The notes under the pieces were generated by a model. It saw only the letters and a program-made list of their open reading frames with translations, made no database searches and was not told where the DNA came from. Below are positions 47,047 through 55,565 of a stretch of 64,000 bases of DNA, in pieces; position 1 is the first letter of the stretch; each line of letters opens with the position of its first letter. The position numbers were made by a program, and so were the translations under genes. Source of the DNA: a virus; the IMG/VR virus record IMGVR_UViG_3300043470_000815. The stretch is one strand, 5' to 3'.

Positions 47047-47868
47047 TTATTTAATCTCATTAATCAATTCATAATAAGTCAACATAGCCGACAAATGATC
47101 TTCTTTAATTTTATCACTTATAACTATATTGTTTAATAAATTTATAACTTCGTTTAATTTAATTTGTTGGATTGGATTTGTCAATTTACTTTTTTTGATA
47201 TTTAATTTCTTTTCAATGAATTTACATTCCGTAATAACATAATCCTTGAATTTTGTATCCGTTTCATCTTCATTGATGTATTTTGACAGTAATTGTTGCT
47301 GTTTAGTATTCAGGGTTCGATATTTTTCATTAAACTTTTCGACAATAATTTTGAAACTTAATTTGCGAATATCGGGTTCTTCTTGTGCAATGATTTGTTC
47401 AATTTCATCTATTTCTTTAACCGATTTACCAGTTAAGTTTTCGGAAATAATTTGTTTATTTTGCAGATATGAAGTTGGATTTTTAGCAGTCTTATTTTCA
47501 AATAGATTGTAAATACTTGCAAGTACTTTATAATTAGTAATTCTACTATTATAAAATTCTGTTAAATTGTAATGTTTTTTGATAATTTTATTCAAATTAT
47601 ATTTTTCAACATTTAACTTATTTTCATCAATATTAATTCGATTTTTAATAACTAAATTAATTAACTCATCTGCATTAACAGATACGGAACTTTGATTCAA
47701 TTGTTGGTACAATCGCAATTCAGACAACAACTGTGAATTAACATTAAAGTGTTTTTTAACAATCTTCAATGCCGTTTGTGGGTTGGTTGGATTAAGCGTT
47801 TCGTGCATAATCTTCTTACACAGAATTTCAAATATTATTCCAGTATTCTTTAATTTATTGTGCTTCAT
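47047..47868 (-). CDS. head-module helical protein
   Basis: KH.K.KNTGI.FE.L, KYNL...IK..Y, YK.LASIY.LFE; follows portal. Confidence 0.75.
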   Translation of the reverse strand: MKHNKLKNTGIIFEILCKKIMHETLNPTNPQTALKIVKKHFNVNSQLLSELRLYQQLNQSSVSVNADELINLVIKNRINIDENKLNVEKYNLNKIIKKHYNLTEFYNSRITNYKVLASIYNLFENKTAKNPTSYLQNKQIISENLTGKSVKEIDEIEQIIAQEEPDIRKLSFKIIVEKFNEKYRTLNTKQQQLLSKYINEDETDTKFKDYVITECKFIEKKLNIKKSKLTNPIQQIKLNEVINLLNNIVISDKIKEDHLSAMLTYYELINEIK

Positions 47869-47876
47869 ATATATAA

Positions 47877-49691
47877 TTATAATTCTTGGTCTAAAATTTG
47901 ACTTTCATTTAACATATTTAGTTCCAAATCAGTTGTTACTTCTTCATTTAATGATTGTTTCGTGTTTTTAGTCATTTGTTTTGTTATCGAATTTACAATA
48001 TTTTCCTTAACACCTTTATCTAATTCACGTCTCCCCAACGGGTCACGACCAAACGCTTTATCTTTGACAGTTTCAAAAGATTTATACTTGTATGGTTGTC
48101 CTTCATTGTTTTCACGTTCATCGGGACTGTATAATTTTTCTAAACTTTCACTATCAGTTGCATTGAATTTAGAAGCAACCTGCATAGATGCAATATCGTG
48201 TGGTGTACCAAATGTTTTTCCTGTTACTTTAGGATCATTACCTTCTTCCGTAATTTGTGTATAACGGAATTTTTCTTTTAAGAAATTAGGCAGCCTTAAT
48301 TTTTCCTGTTTCCATTCACTTTCAGAAAGACCTAAAATATTTTCATATATATAAATATCCGACAATAAATTAGATTCTAATATATTTGCAATTAAGTTGA
48401 ACTTTTCATTTAATAGGTCAATTTTTTGACGTTCGTAAATTATGGATGGACTTGTTAATGATAATTCAAATCCAAGCAAATCTTCGTCTTTATGACCTTG
48501 TGAATGTAAATGTACAATAGCAATTTTATACAGTTCGGACACAAAGATTTTTTGATACCTTTCAATCATTTTGGCAAATCTAATGTCTTCCGCCGAAAGT
48601 GCCGTTTTTGCAGAACTTTCATCATATCCCAAATATGCTTTAGGAATTTTTAACGCAGCCATCATTTTAGATTTAAAGTATTCAACGTCGTCAATTTGTC
48701 CGTCGTTACCAAGTCCCGGCAATGTTTCGATACTTGTTCCCGATTTTCCACCCCGCACAGGTAAATAATAATCTTCTTGTGAATTTAATAAATTATATTT
48801 TAAATTTATTTCACCTGTTGACGGATCAATGTATGGAATTTTTTTCATTTCGGAAATGATTTGTTCCATGTGGCTTTCAATCTCGTTTGGTGGAATATTA
48901 CCAACATCAATTTTAATAATACGACGTTCGGGAGCTCTCATAATCCGATGCAATAACATAGCATCTTCCATCAATTTCATTGACTTGTAATCTTTTCTTG
49001 CACCTTCCAAGGATGACCGACCATACGGTAAAAAATTGGTATCTGTAATTAATCTAAAATGTGCTATTTCATATTGATTAAATGTACTTTGATTACTATA
49101 ATTTTGTCCATCCCCCTCATATCGAAATTTAACTTCGTTTGGGTCTTCACGTGTTCCTTCCTCCCTAACCATTAAACTAGGGTGGATTGGTAATACATTT
49201 ATTACACCGAACTTTTCACGAATTTCTAAGTATAAAAAGAAATCACCATATTTTGCCATTTGTCGAAACCAATGCCACATATTAAATTCTATGTTCATTA
49301 TATCGTAAAACAAATTATGTAATATTTTCTTTATTTCATTATCTTCACTATGTATTACTAACAATTCACCCGTCGCACTTACACTCGTGGATTCGTCAGC
49401 AATTATATCAAGTGCCGATGTTACAATACCGTCACTGTCCATCAATTCATAATCCAAATAAAGCATTTTTCGTAATGCTTCAATTTCATGGTTTACAAAC
49501 GATGAACCCCACCCACTGAACGACGCTGGAGAACGTCCATTCCGCCAACGTGCCTTTGCATTTTGGGGATCGGGACTTCCAGTACTTTGCGTTTTATTTA
49601 CGTCGAATGTCTTTAATCGTTTACCGGGTCGTTTGGTAACAACTACATTTCGTGTAAAAAGTCGTGAAAGTGTTTGTTGAAAGGTTGTCAT
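47877..49691 (-). CDS. portal protein (T4 gp20-like)
   Basis: YELMD.D.IV.SALDIIADE, LPYG.S.LE, MEDAML.HRI.RAPERR..IDVGN.P, EDYYLP.RG..SGT.IETLPG. Confidence 0.96.
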   Translation of the reverse strand: MTTFQQTLSRLFTRNVVVTKRPGKRLKTFDVNKTQSTGSPDPQNAKARWRNGRSPASFSGWGSSFVNHEIEALRKMLYLDYELMDSDGIVTSALDIIADESTSVSATGELLVIHSEDNEIKKILHNLFYDIMNIEFNMWHWFRQMAKYGDFFLYLEIREKFGVINVLPIHPSLMVREEGTREDPNEVKFRYEGDGQNYSNQSTFNQYEIAHFRLITDTNFLPYGRSSLEGARKDYKSMKLMEDAMLLHRIMRAPERRIIKIDVGNIPPNEIESHMEQIISEMKKIPYIDPSTGEINLKYNLLNSQEDYYLPVRGGKSGTSIETLPGLGNDGQIDDVEYFKSKMMAALKIPKAYLGYDESSAKTALSAEDIRFAKMIERYQKIFVSELYKIAIVHLHSQGHKDEDLLGFELSLTSPSIIYERQKIDLLNEKFNLIANILESNLLSDIYIYENILGLSESEWKQEKLRLPNFLKEKFRYTQITEEGNDPKVTGKTFGTPHDIASMQVASKFNATDSESLEKLYSPDERENNEGQPYKYKSFETVKDKAFGRDPLGRRELDKGVKENIVNSITKQMTKNTKQSLNEEVTTDLELNMLNESQILDQEL

Positions 49692-49715
49692 TTAATTATT
49701 AAATATTTTAAAAAA

Positions 49716-51131
49716 TTACAATAGCCATTTTAAACTTTCGGAATGATTGCCTATTCTTTGCTCCCATGCTGGATGACTTTGTTTGGCTGGATTGTAAACG
49801 TTTTTATGAACATTAGTTATTGATTGTTTAACTAATTCAATACCCATCTGCCTAAGTCGTAACGCGGTATCACGCACATATAAAAACATACAAAAACATA
49901 GTACTAAATCGTCATTGTAGCCGTTTTGTGCTTGTGGTTTACCATTGATCCACATAAATACACTGAATTGATTTATAAGTCGTTTAGAGTGTATAATTGG
50001 ACTTTTTTCACGGGTGTACATTTCTAGTTTAGAAATCATTACAGGTCGTAATACGTGGGTGGTTGTAAAGCCCGGAATCATATCTTCTTTATTTTTCAAA
50101 TCATACCGTTTCATTAGATGTATGTTTTCATCTAAATAAGGATCGTTCTTATAACTATAATATAAATTTTTGTAGCCTTTATCTAAGCACACTTGAACGG
50201 TTGACCACCCAATGTTTTTATTGTCAATTACTAATAACGCATCGTTGTATTCAGTCGCCACACTTACCAACATATTACCAAACATATTAGTATCAATTTT
50301 ACCTTCATATTCAGCCACTTGTTCCAAAGATTCCACGTCCATGACAATAAATGCACTACTATCTTCACCATCCCCACGTGCAACGTCAGCGACAACACAA
50401 TAAGATTTTGTATAATCGGGATATTTCCAAATCCAATAATCACCACCAATACCACGCCGCTCGGTTGGGTCGGTAGTTTTTTCGCGATAATATGCTAATA
50501 TATCAGATTCTATTACAGTGTGACCCGATGTTTCAAAAACGCAATCATTCTCTTGGGCAGCCATACGCTTACCCATCAATTCATCTTGTAAATCACGCCA
50601 TTTTTGGTCACGGTCAGGATGTCGTTTCCAATCTAAACGAATTGGGTTAAATGCACCAAATCCATCTTCTTTAATACCTTCTTCTGCCTGACACCAAAGT
50701 TTATAAAATATACCTTGAGCACCGTTTGGAGTTGATAAAATTATTGCATTACCACCTGTTGCCAATGTCATTTGAGCCGATGTCCAAATTTCATTAGCAC
50801 TTTCCATAAACGCACAATTATGACTAACTAAACCATTCGTGAAATATTCATTATTTAATTTAACATCTATTACATCATATACATAAAAATCCCCTTCCTC
50901 ATAAGAAATTTCACATATTACGTCACCCCCCCACAATTCATCACCAATCAAACAAAAACTTGCTTCTAAAAATTGTCCGTTTGGATATTTTAATAAATGA
51001 CCACTTGTACATTTTAATATATTATTGTTTGTTTTAATTGTAAATAAAATATCAGTGGTAGTTCGTTGTACACCATCAAAATCACTCCAACCATCAGGGG
51101 TTAATATTAAATAGTCATTATTATTTTTCAT
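49716..51131 (-). CDS. terL: terminase large subunit C-part, preceded by a 105-aa C-intein
   Basis: ...NGLVSHN/CAF junction, ILSTPNG, ADVARGDG.D.S, A..GYNDDLV. Confidence 0.93.
   Translation of the reverse strand: MKNNNDYLILTPDGWSDFDGVQRTTTDILFTIKTNNNILKCTSGHLLKYPNGQFLEASFCLIGDELWGGDVICEISYEEGDFYVYDVIDVKLNNEYFTNGLVSHNCAFMESANEIWTSAQMTLATGGNAIILSTPNGAQGIFYKLWCQAEEGIKEDGFGAFNPIRLDWKRHPDRDQKWRDLQDELMGKRMAAQENDCVFETSGHTVIESDILAYYREKTTDPTERRGIGGDYWIWKYPDYTKSYCVVADVARGDGEDSSAFIVMDVESLEQVAEYEGKIDTNMFGNMLVSVATEYNDALLVIDNKNIGWSTVQVCLDKGYKNLYYSYKNDPYLDENIHLMKRYDLKNKEDMIPGFTTTHVLRPVMISKLEMYTREKSPIIHSKRLINQFSVFMWINGKPQAQNGYNDDLVLCFCMFLYVRDTALRLRQMGIELVKQSITNVHKNVYNPAKQSHPAWEQRIGNHSESLKWLL
50817..51131 (-). 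mobile_element. split intein C-fragment (105 aa)
   Basis: ILTPDGWSDF, block B CTSGH, block F YVYDVIDV, block G NGLVSHN followed by Cys. Confidence 0.92.
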
Positions 51132-52197
51132 AAAATTGCCTCATTGCATATTTTACGGTTGGATGGTTGGTTAAATCAATTTTATTGATATTTTTTTTGA
51201 ACCATTTATTTGTTATCAGAACATATTTTAAATTATTGTCTTTGGCATATTTTTTTGCAAATTTATATTTTACTAAATTTCTTTCAGTATTTTTCTCCGA
51301 ATCGGGTTTAATTTCGTATATAATTTTATTTATAGGATCGTAGAAATCTACAATATAATTGTGCCAATTATCTTGATATGTATATTTTATTCTAATTTTT
51401 TCATATTCTAATTGTGGATTACACAACCAAAAAAACGCATCCCAATTACTTCTAAATTTTTTAACAGTTCCATCTTCCAAATTTACAATAGCATTCCAAC
51501 GTGTCCATGAATTAGTTATACATGGAGTAAATTCACCATTTGCAATCATTAACTTCATTGTTTCTGAATGCTTTTTATGAGTGGCTTCTGTATATATGAA
51601 TGGACGACGTTTTTTAAATTCGTCTGAATTACTTGTAATTTTATTGGATTCTGATAATTTTTTTTTCGTTTCTAATGTATGCCAAGGTTTTCCGTTTGAT
51701 CTCCTAGTTTCTATACCTTTTTGAATTGATTCTTTGGAAAAAACTTGATTTTTTCGATTTATACGCATTTTCATTCGTTGTTCATCTGAAAATGTTCTAG
51801 TTTCAAGATAATTCATAAATCGGTCTTTAATATTTTTCTTATTTTCATCAGACATATTTTCATAGGCTTTTTTACCACTTTCCGAACCCTGCTTACGTTT
51901 ACATTCTCTATTGGTGCAATTATTTCGGAATAACGCACTATTTTCATTGAATGCTGTTTTATTATCACAATATTTACATTTTACAATATCAGTTTTGTAA
52001 TGTTTAATATAAGTTATTCGTTCTTTTAATGATACATTGTAACTATTTAAAAATGTGGTAGATGAATATATCATTTTATAAATATATTGTATATCATTTT
52101 TTACATACCATTGTTCATTTAATGCCCAATGGATCATTTTATCATTCTTAAAAATTTTATCAATTATAATATTATAATCATTCATCTGTATATTCAT
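51121..52197 (-). CDS. free-standing endonuclease inserted in the terminase intein
   Basis: CKYC..C....C Zn motif, NUMOD3-like H..ET.KKLSES repeats, C-terminal RS.W...EYE..RI.Y...NY.VDF....IYEIKP PD-(D/E)xK. Confidence 0.8.
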   Translation of the reverse strand: MNIQMNDYNIIIDKIFKNDKMIHWALNEQWYVKNDIQYIYKMIYSSTTFLNSYNVSLKERITYIKHYKTDIVKCKYCDNKTAFNENSALFRNNCTNRECKRKQGSESGKKAYENMSDENKKNIKDRFMNYLETRTFSDEQRMKMRINRKNQVFSKESIQKGIETRRSNGKPWHTLETKKKLSESNKITSNSDEFKKRRPFIYTEATHKKHSETMKLMIANGEFTPCITNSWTRWNAIVNLEDGTVKKFRSNWDAFFWLCNPQLEYEKIRIKYTYQDNWHNYIVDFYDPINKIIYEIKPDSEKNTERNLVKYKFAKKYAKDNNLKYVLITNKWFKKNINKIDLTNHPTVKYAMRQFYEK

Positions 52198-52768
52198 ATA
52201 AAGTTTTTATTTTAATATTTTCAACTATACCAGTTTTTCTATTTTTAATGGTAACAACTGTTTCACCATCCACGCATTCATCCAAAATCAATAAACTAAC
52301 AGCCGAACCGCGAGCGGAATCGGGTTTACTTGACACTGCTTTAATTTGCGACCCATTACTTAAAACTAATTCTAATTTATTATTATTAGTGATTTTAGCA
52401 ACATTTCGCATCCACACAGGTAAGTTATCGTACATCACTTGAACCATTTTTACAATATTTCGAGCAACATCCTGTTTGGTCGCAATAATAAGAATTTTGA
52501 AATTCTCTTTGAATAACATTTGTTGCAAACTGTACATTGCAGTCAATGTACTTATGCCCATCTGCCTAGATTTCAAAACAATATTGAACCTATGATTTTG
52601 GAAGTCTAATAGTGTAGAAACTTGAAAAGGGTATAGATCGAACTTGATCTTACCCTTCATTGGATGTTCAATCATGCAATATTCCTTAGAAAAATATGCA
52701 ACATCGGTGGCACATCGTTCTAATTCTTGCTTAATTACATCACGTATATTTTGCGTTTGACTAGGAAT
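52178..52768 (-). CDS. terL: terminase large subunit N-part plus 32-aa N-intein; probable ATT start
   Basis: LYPFQ, KSRQMGIS (Walker A region), ARG..VSLLILDE (Walker B) then CVDGET; frame open 31 codons upstream of the tracked ATG (52675). Confidence 0.88.
   Translation of the reverse strand: MPSQTQNIRDVIKQELERCATDVAYFSKEYCMIEHPMKGKIKFDLYPFQVSTLLDFQNHRFNIVLKSRQMGISTLTAMYSLQQMLFKENFKILIIATKQDVARNIVKMVQVMYDNLPVWMRNVAKITNNNKLELVLSNGSQIKAVSSKPDSARGSAVSLLILDECVDGETVVTIKNRKTGIVENIKIKTLYEYTDE
52181..52276 (-). mobile_element. split intein N-fragment (32 aa)
   Basis: CVDGETVVTIKNRKTGIVENIKIKTLYEYTDE* is intein block A. Confidence 0.9.
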
Positions 52769-52791
52769 ACATTTCTCCTATGCTTTTATTT

Positions 52792-53421
52792 TTAAATTTC
52801 GCCTAATTTTTCGGCTATTTTATTTTTAAATTCTGAATATTGACTATCAATTTGGTCAATTAGATATTGTGGATTTTCATTTGTCCATGTTTCAGTACGA
52901 CCATCCGCCCCCTCTATAAAATTAATTGGCTGTGAAATTTCACGTTTTAATTGTTCGACTTCATCATCGGTTTGTTTTAAAAATACTTTAGCATTATTTT
53001 TTATTTTTTCTAAAGCATATTCATTAAATTCACCTTTAATTTTTAATTGTGTTTCTAAAGTCAAAACGCATTCGTGACATTTACCAACCAACCCCTTAAA
53101 TTTTTTATCTAGGTTGGATGGATTTGTACAAGTGCAAACATCTTTAGGGCAATTTTGAAACGTCCGTAAATAATTTCTAATATCTTGAACATTTTCATCT
53201 AAATTTAACAATACTTTTACACGGTATCCATCTTTTTGTTCCCATTTGTAAGAAACACCTGTGATTGGATGTGTTTCGACCCACACATCACCAACATCAT
53301 GTTTAGCGTTACGTGCAACCACAGTATTTACATCGGTTAATCCAAATGTTTTACGGGTTTGGGTTTTATGTTCACCCTTTAGCATTTCTGTAACTGCTTG
53401 TATATTTTTTAGTTTAGCCAT
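52792..53421 (-). CDS. hypothetical protein with Cys cluster
   Basis: VGDVW.E..W.QKDGY, CP...C.C...C.EC; upstream of terL. Confidence 0.7.
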   Translation of the reverse strand: MAKLKNIQAVTEMLKGEHKTQTRKTFGLTDVNTVVARNAKHDVGDVWVETHPITGVSYKWEQKDGYRVKVLLNLDENVQDIRNYLRTFQNCPKDVCTCTNPSNLDKKFKGLVGKCHECVLTLETQLKIKGEFNEYALEKIKNNAKVFLKQTDDEVEQLKREISQPINFIEGADGRTETWTNENPQYLIDQIDSQYSEFKNKIAEKLGEI

Positions 53422-53641
53422 TAGATTTTAATTGTTTCATATTTGACATAAATGATTCCAGTTTGTTTTCTTCGATACCAACCAACCCCGCAAATTTAAT
53501 AATTGCATGATATTTGTCTAACGGCATTTTTAATTCATTTATCGCAGTGATGAATGATGGTGTATTTTGTAATTTATCAAAAAGTAACAATATGGTAGCC
53601 GTACCATCGGATTGCTCTTGTAAAAGTTTTTTTAGTTTCAT
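53414..53641 (-). CDS. protein with MKLKKLLQE leader
   Basis: Shared leader; start moved to MKL. Confidence 0.6.
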   Translation of the reverse strand: MKLKKLLQEQSDGTATILLLFDKLQNTPSFITAINELKMPLDKYHAIIKFAGLVGIEENKLESFMSNMKQLKSNG

Positions 53642-53684
53642 GGATAATATATTAATCATTATGGTTCGTTTAATATAAATATGG

Positions 53685-55565
53685 TTAATATTTTGAATAA
53701 CGCAATTTATTGTATATTCCGAATATAGGAACTAATGCCCCAAATGTTCCTGTTAGTTTCAATAAACGGTTTTCCCATTCAATAACTATACCTTCATTGT
53801 TATTAATTTGTTTTAATCTGTTAACAATGTTTAGTGTGTTATTGATTTTTTCAGTTTCATCCGATTGGGCTTTAACGCTGTCTATAATATCAAGTATGTA
53901 TTGGTGGGTGGGTTCATTTTCACGCATTAATATTAAATTTCCTAATTTCCAAAATATAATTTTTAATTCATCTTTGTTTTCAAAATTAGATTTAATATTA
54001 TTTGTAAAATATTCTATATATTTTTTTAACGATGAATTTAATTTATAGAGTGGCGTTATTTTAATTAAGAAATTATGAAATACTTTATCATTCGACGAAC
54101 CAAATTGATATGGTAAATTACTGGTACGTGACAATTCATTCCCGACTTCATTATAAGTTATCAACGAATGTAAAGACAAATATTGCTGATTTCCATAGTC
54201 AATAATATTTCGTGCCATTGGATGAATTATTTCAAAATTCAAAAACGTTTGACCATTATTAAAAATTTTATTTAAAACATTTGGATCGAACTGCTTTAAA
54301 AATTCCGTTATTGCTTTATGTGCCTCGGTGAAAGTATGTTGAACATTGTCTTTACCTTCAAATTTTTGTGTTATTTGGTCAACGGTCAACGGATTAACAA
54401 CAGTTGATTTATTACGTGATGCAAGCACTTGGCCGTTTTTGTATGTTACTTGGAAATTGTGACCATCTAATTTAAGCGTACAACGCATATTTTCGGCATT
54501 AGACAATACATCAGATACAAACCGACACATATCATTACATGTCATTGTTTTATCTTCGTATGGGTGCGTTATGTGCTTACTATAAGTTTTAGCAAAATTT
54601 TCAACAGCCAACACGGGGCTGGAAGTTTTAAAATCCTTTTTTTTCATAATTGTTTTTGGTCGCAAATCAATTTCTTGATTTTCTTTATCCCAACTAATAA
54701 TAAATGGAATGTTTACATCAGTTTCCATGTCTTTCAATACACCTTCCGCCCCTGTATTCAACTTAGATAAATGAACACCATGTCGAATAGAAACTTTTTT
54801 AAATATTTTTCGTAAATCGTCTCCAGTGATTGGTGTTTCATTTCTTGGATCATTTAATCGTTGAAAAAAATGTGTTCCTTTGTAAATGTTCTGAAAGTCT
54901 ATATCGACATTAAATTGTTTAAAAAATTTATCAATATATTGTTCGATACGCATTAATTCCGTTTTAGTAATTCGATCACCTTCTGTCAAATTTAAAAGAT
55001 GTTCATCAATTTTTATCAACGCAGTATCTAAAGGATTACTAAAAGATTTTTTAAATAAACTGTCTATTTCGGCATCATACCACCCCATCAAAGTTTTAAA
55101 ATCTGCTTGGTTGGCAGTTGGTAGTAATTTTCTTAAATTCGTTCCACTTAGTTCAATATTGTTAAAAAATACTTGGACGTGTGGTAAAATATACAAATAT
55201 CCGTGTGTGTCTAAAGATTCTAAATTATTAGAATTTGTATATAATTTAAAATATCTGTTTGTATTTAATCGGTCAGCATCTTTACGTCCATAAGCAAAAA
55301 TTAAAGCCGTCTTGGTTGGATCGAATAGTCTTGTTAATTCGGTGCATTTATATGGTTCTTTAACATTGAATACTTTACTGATATTATATTTTTGAATGAT
55401 TTTTAATTTTTCATCAAATGTCAATGGACTGTTTTCATCCGTTTTGTTTGATGTACAGATATAAACATTGTCGCTGCCAAACTTTTCACATAAATGTAAA
55501 TAAGATTGATAATGATGTTTTCCAAATGGTTGGAATCTACCCGAATAAATAATAAGTTTTTTCAT
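53685..55565 (-). CDS. three-domain protein: cytidyltransferase-like, HFxxRxND domain, KxDG ligase-like domain
   Basis: YSGRFQPF..HH; THFFQRLNDPRN; LKLDG.N. Confidence 0.7.
   Translation of the reverse strand: MKKLIIYSGRFQPFGKHHYQSYLHLCEKFGSDNVYICTSNKTDENSPLTFDEKLKIIQKYNISKVFNVKEPYKCTELTRLFDPTKTALIFAYGRKDADRLNTNRYFKLYTNSNNLESLDTHGYLYILPHVQVFFNNIELSGTNLRKLLPTANQADFKTLMGWYDAEIDSLFKKSFSNPLDTALIKIDEHLLNLTEGDRITKTELMRIEQYIDKFFKQFNVDIDFQNIYKGTHFFQRLNDPRNETPITGDDLRKIFKKVSIRHGVHLSKLNTGAEGVLKDMETDVNIPFIISWDKENQEIDLRPKTIMKKKDFKTSSPVLAVENFAKTYSKHITHPYEDKTMTCNDMCRFVSDVLSNAENMRCTLKLDGHNFQVTYKNGQVLASRNKSTVVNPLTVDQITQKFEGKDNVQHTFTEAHKAITEFLKQFDPNVLNKIFNNGQTFLNFEIIHPMARNIIDYGNQQYLSLHSLITYNEVGNELSRTSNLPYQFGSSNDKVFHNFLIKITPLYKLNSSLKKYIEYFTNNIKSNFENKDELKIIFWKLGNLILMRENEPTHQYILDIIDSVKAQSDETEKINNTLNIVNRLKQINNNEGIVIEWENRLLKLTGTFGALVPIFGIYNKLRYSKY

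Noticed and set aside
51121-52197. Group I/II intron explanation for the terminase interruption
   Set aside because: The ORFs overlap at both junctions, leaving no ribozyme sequence, and both halves carry complete intein blocks.
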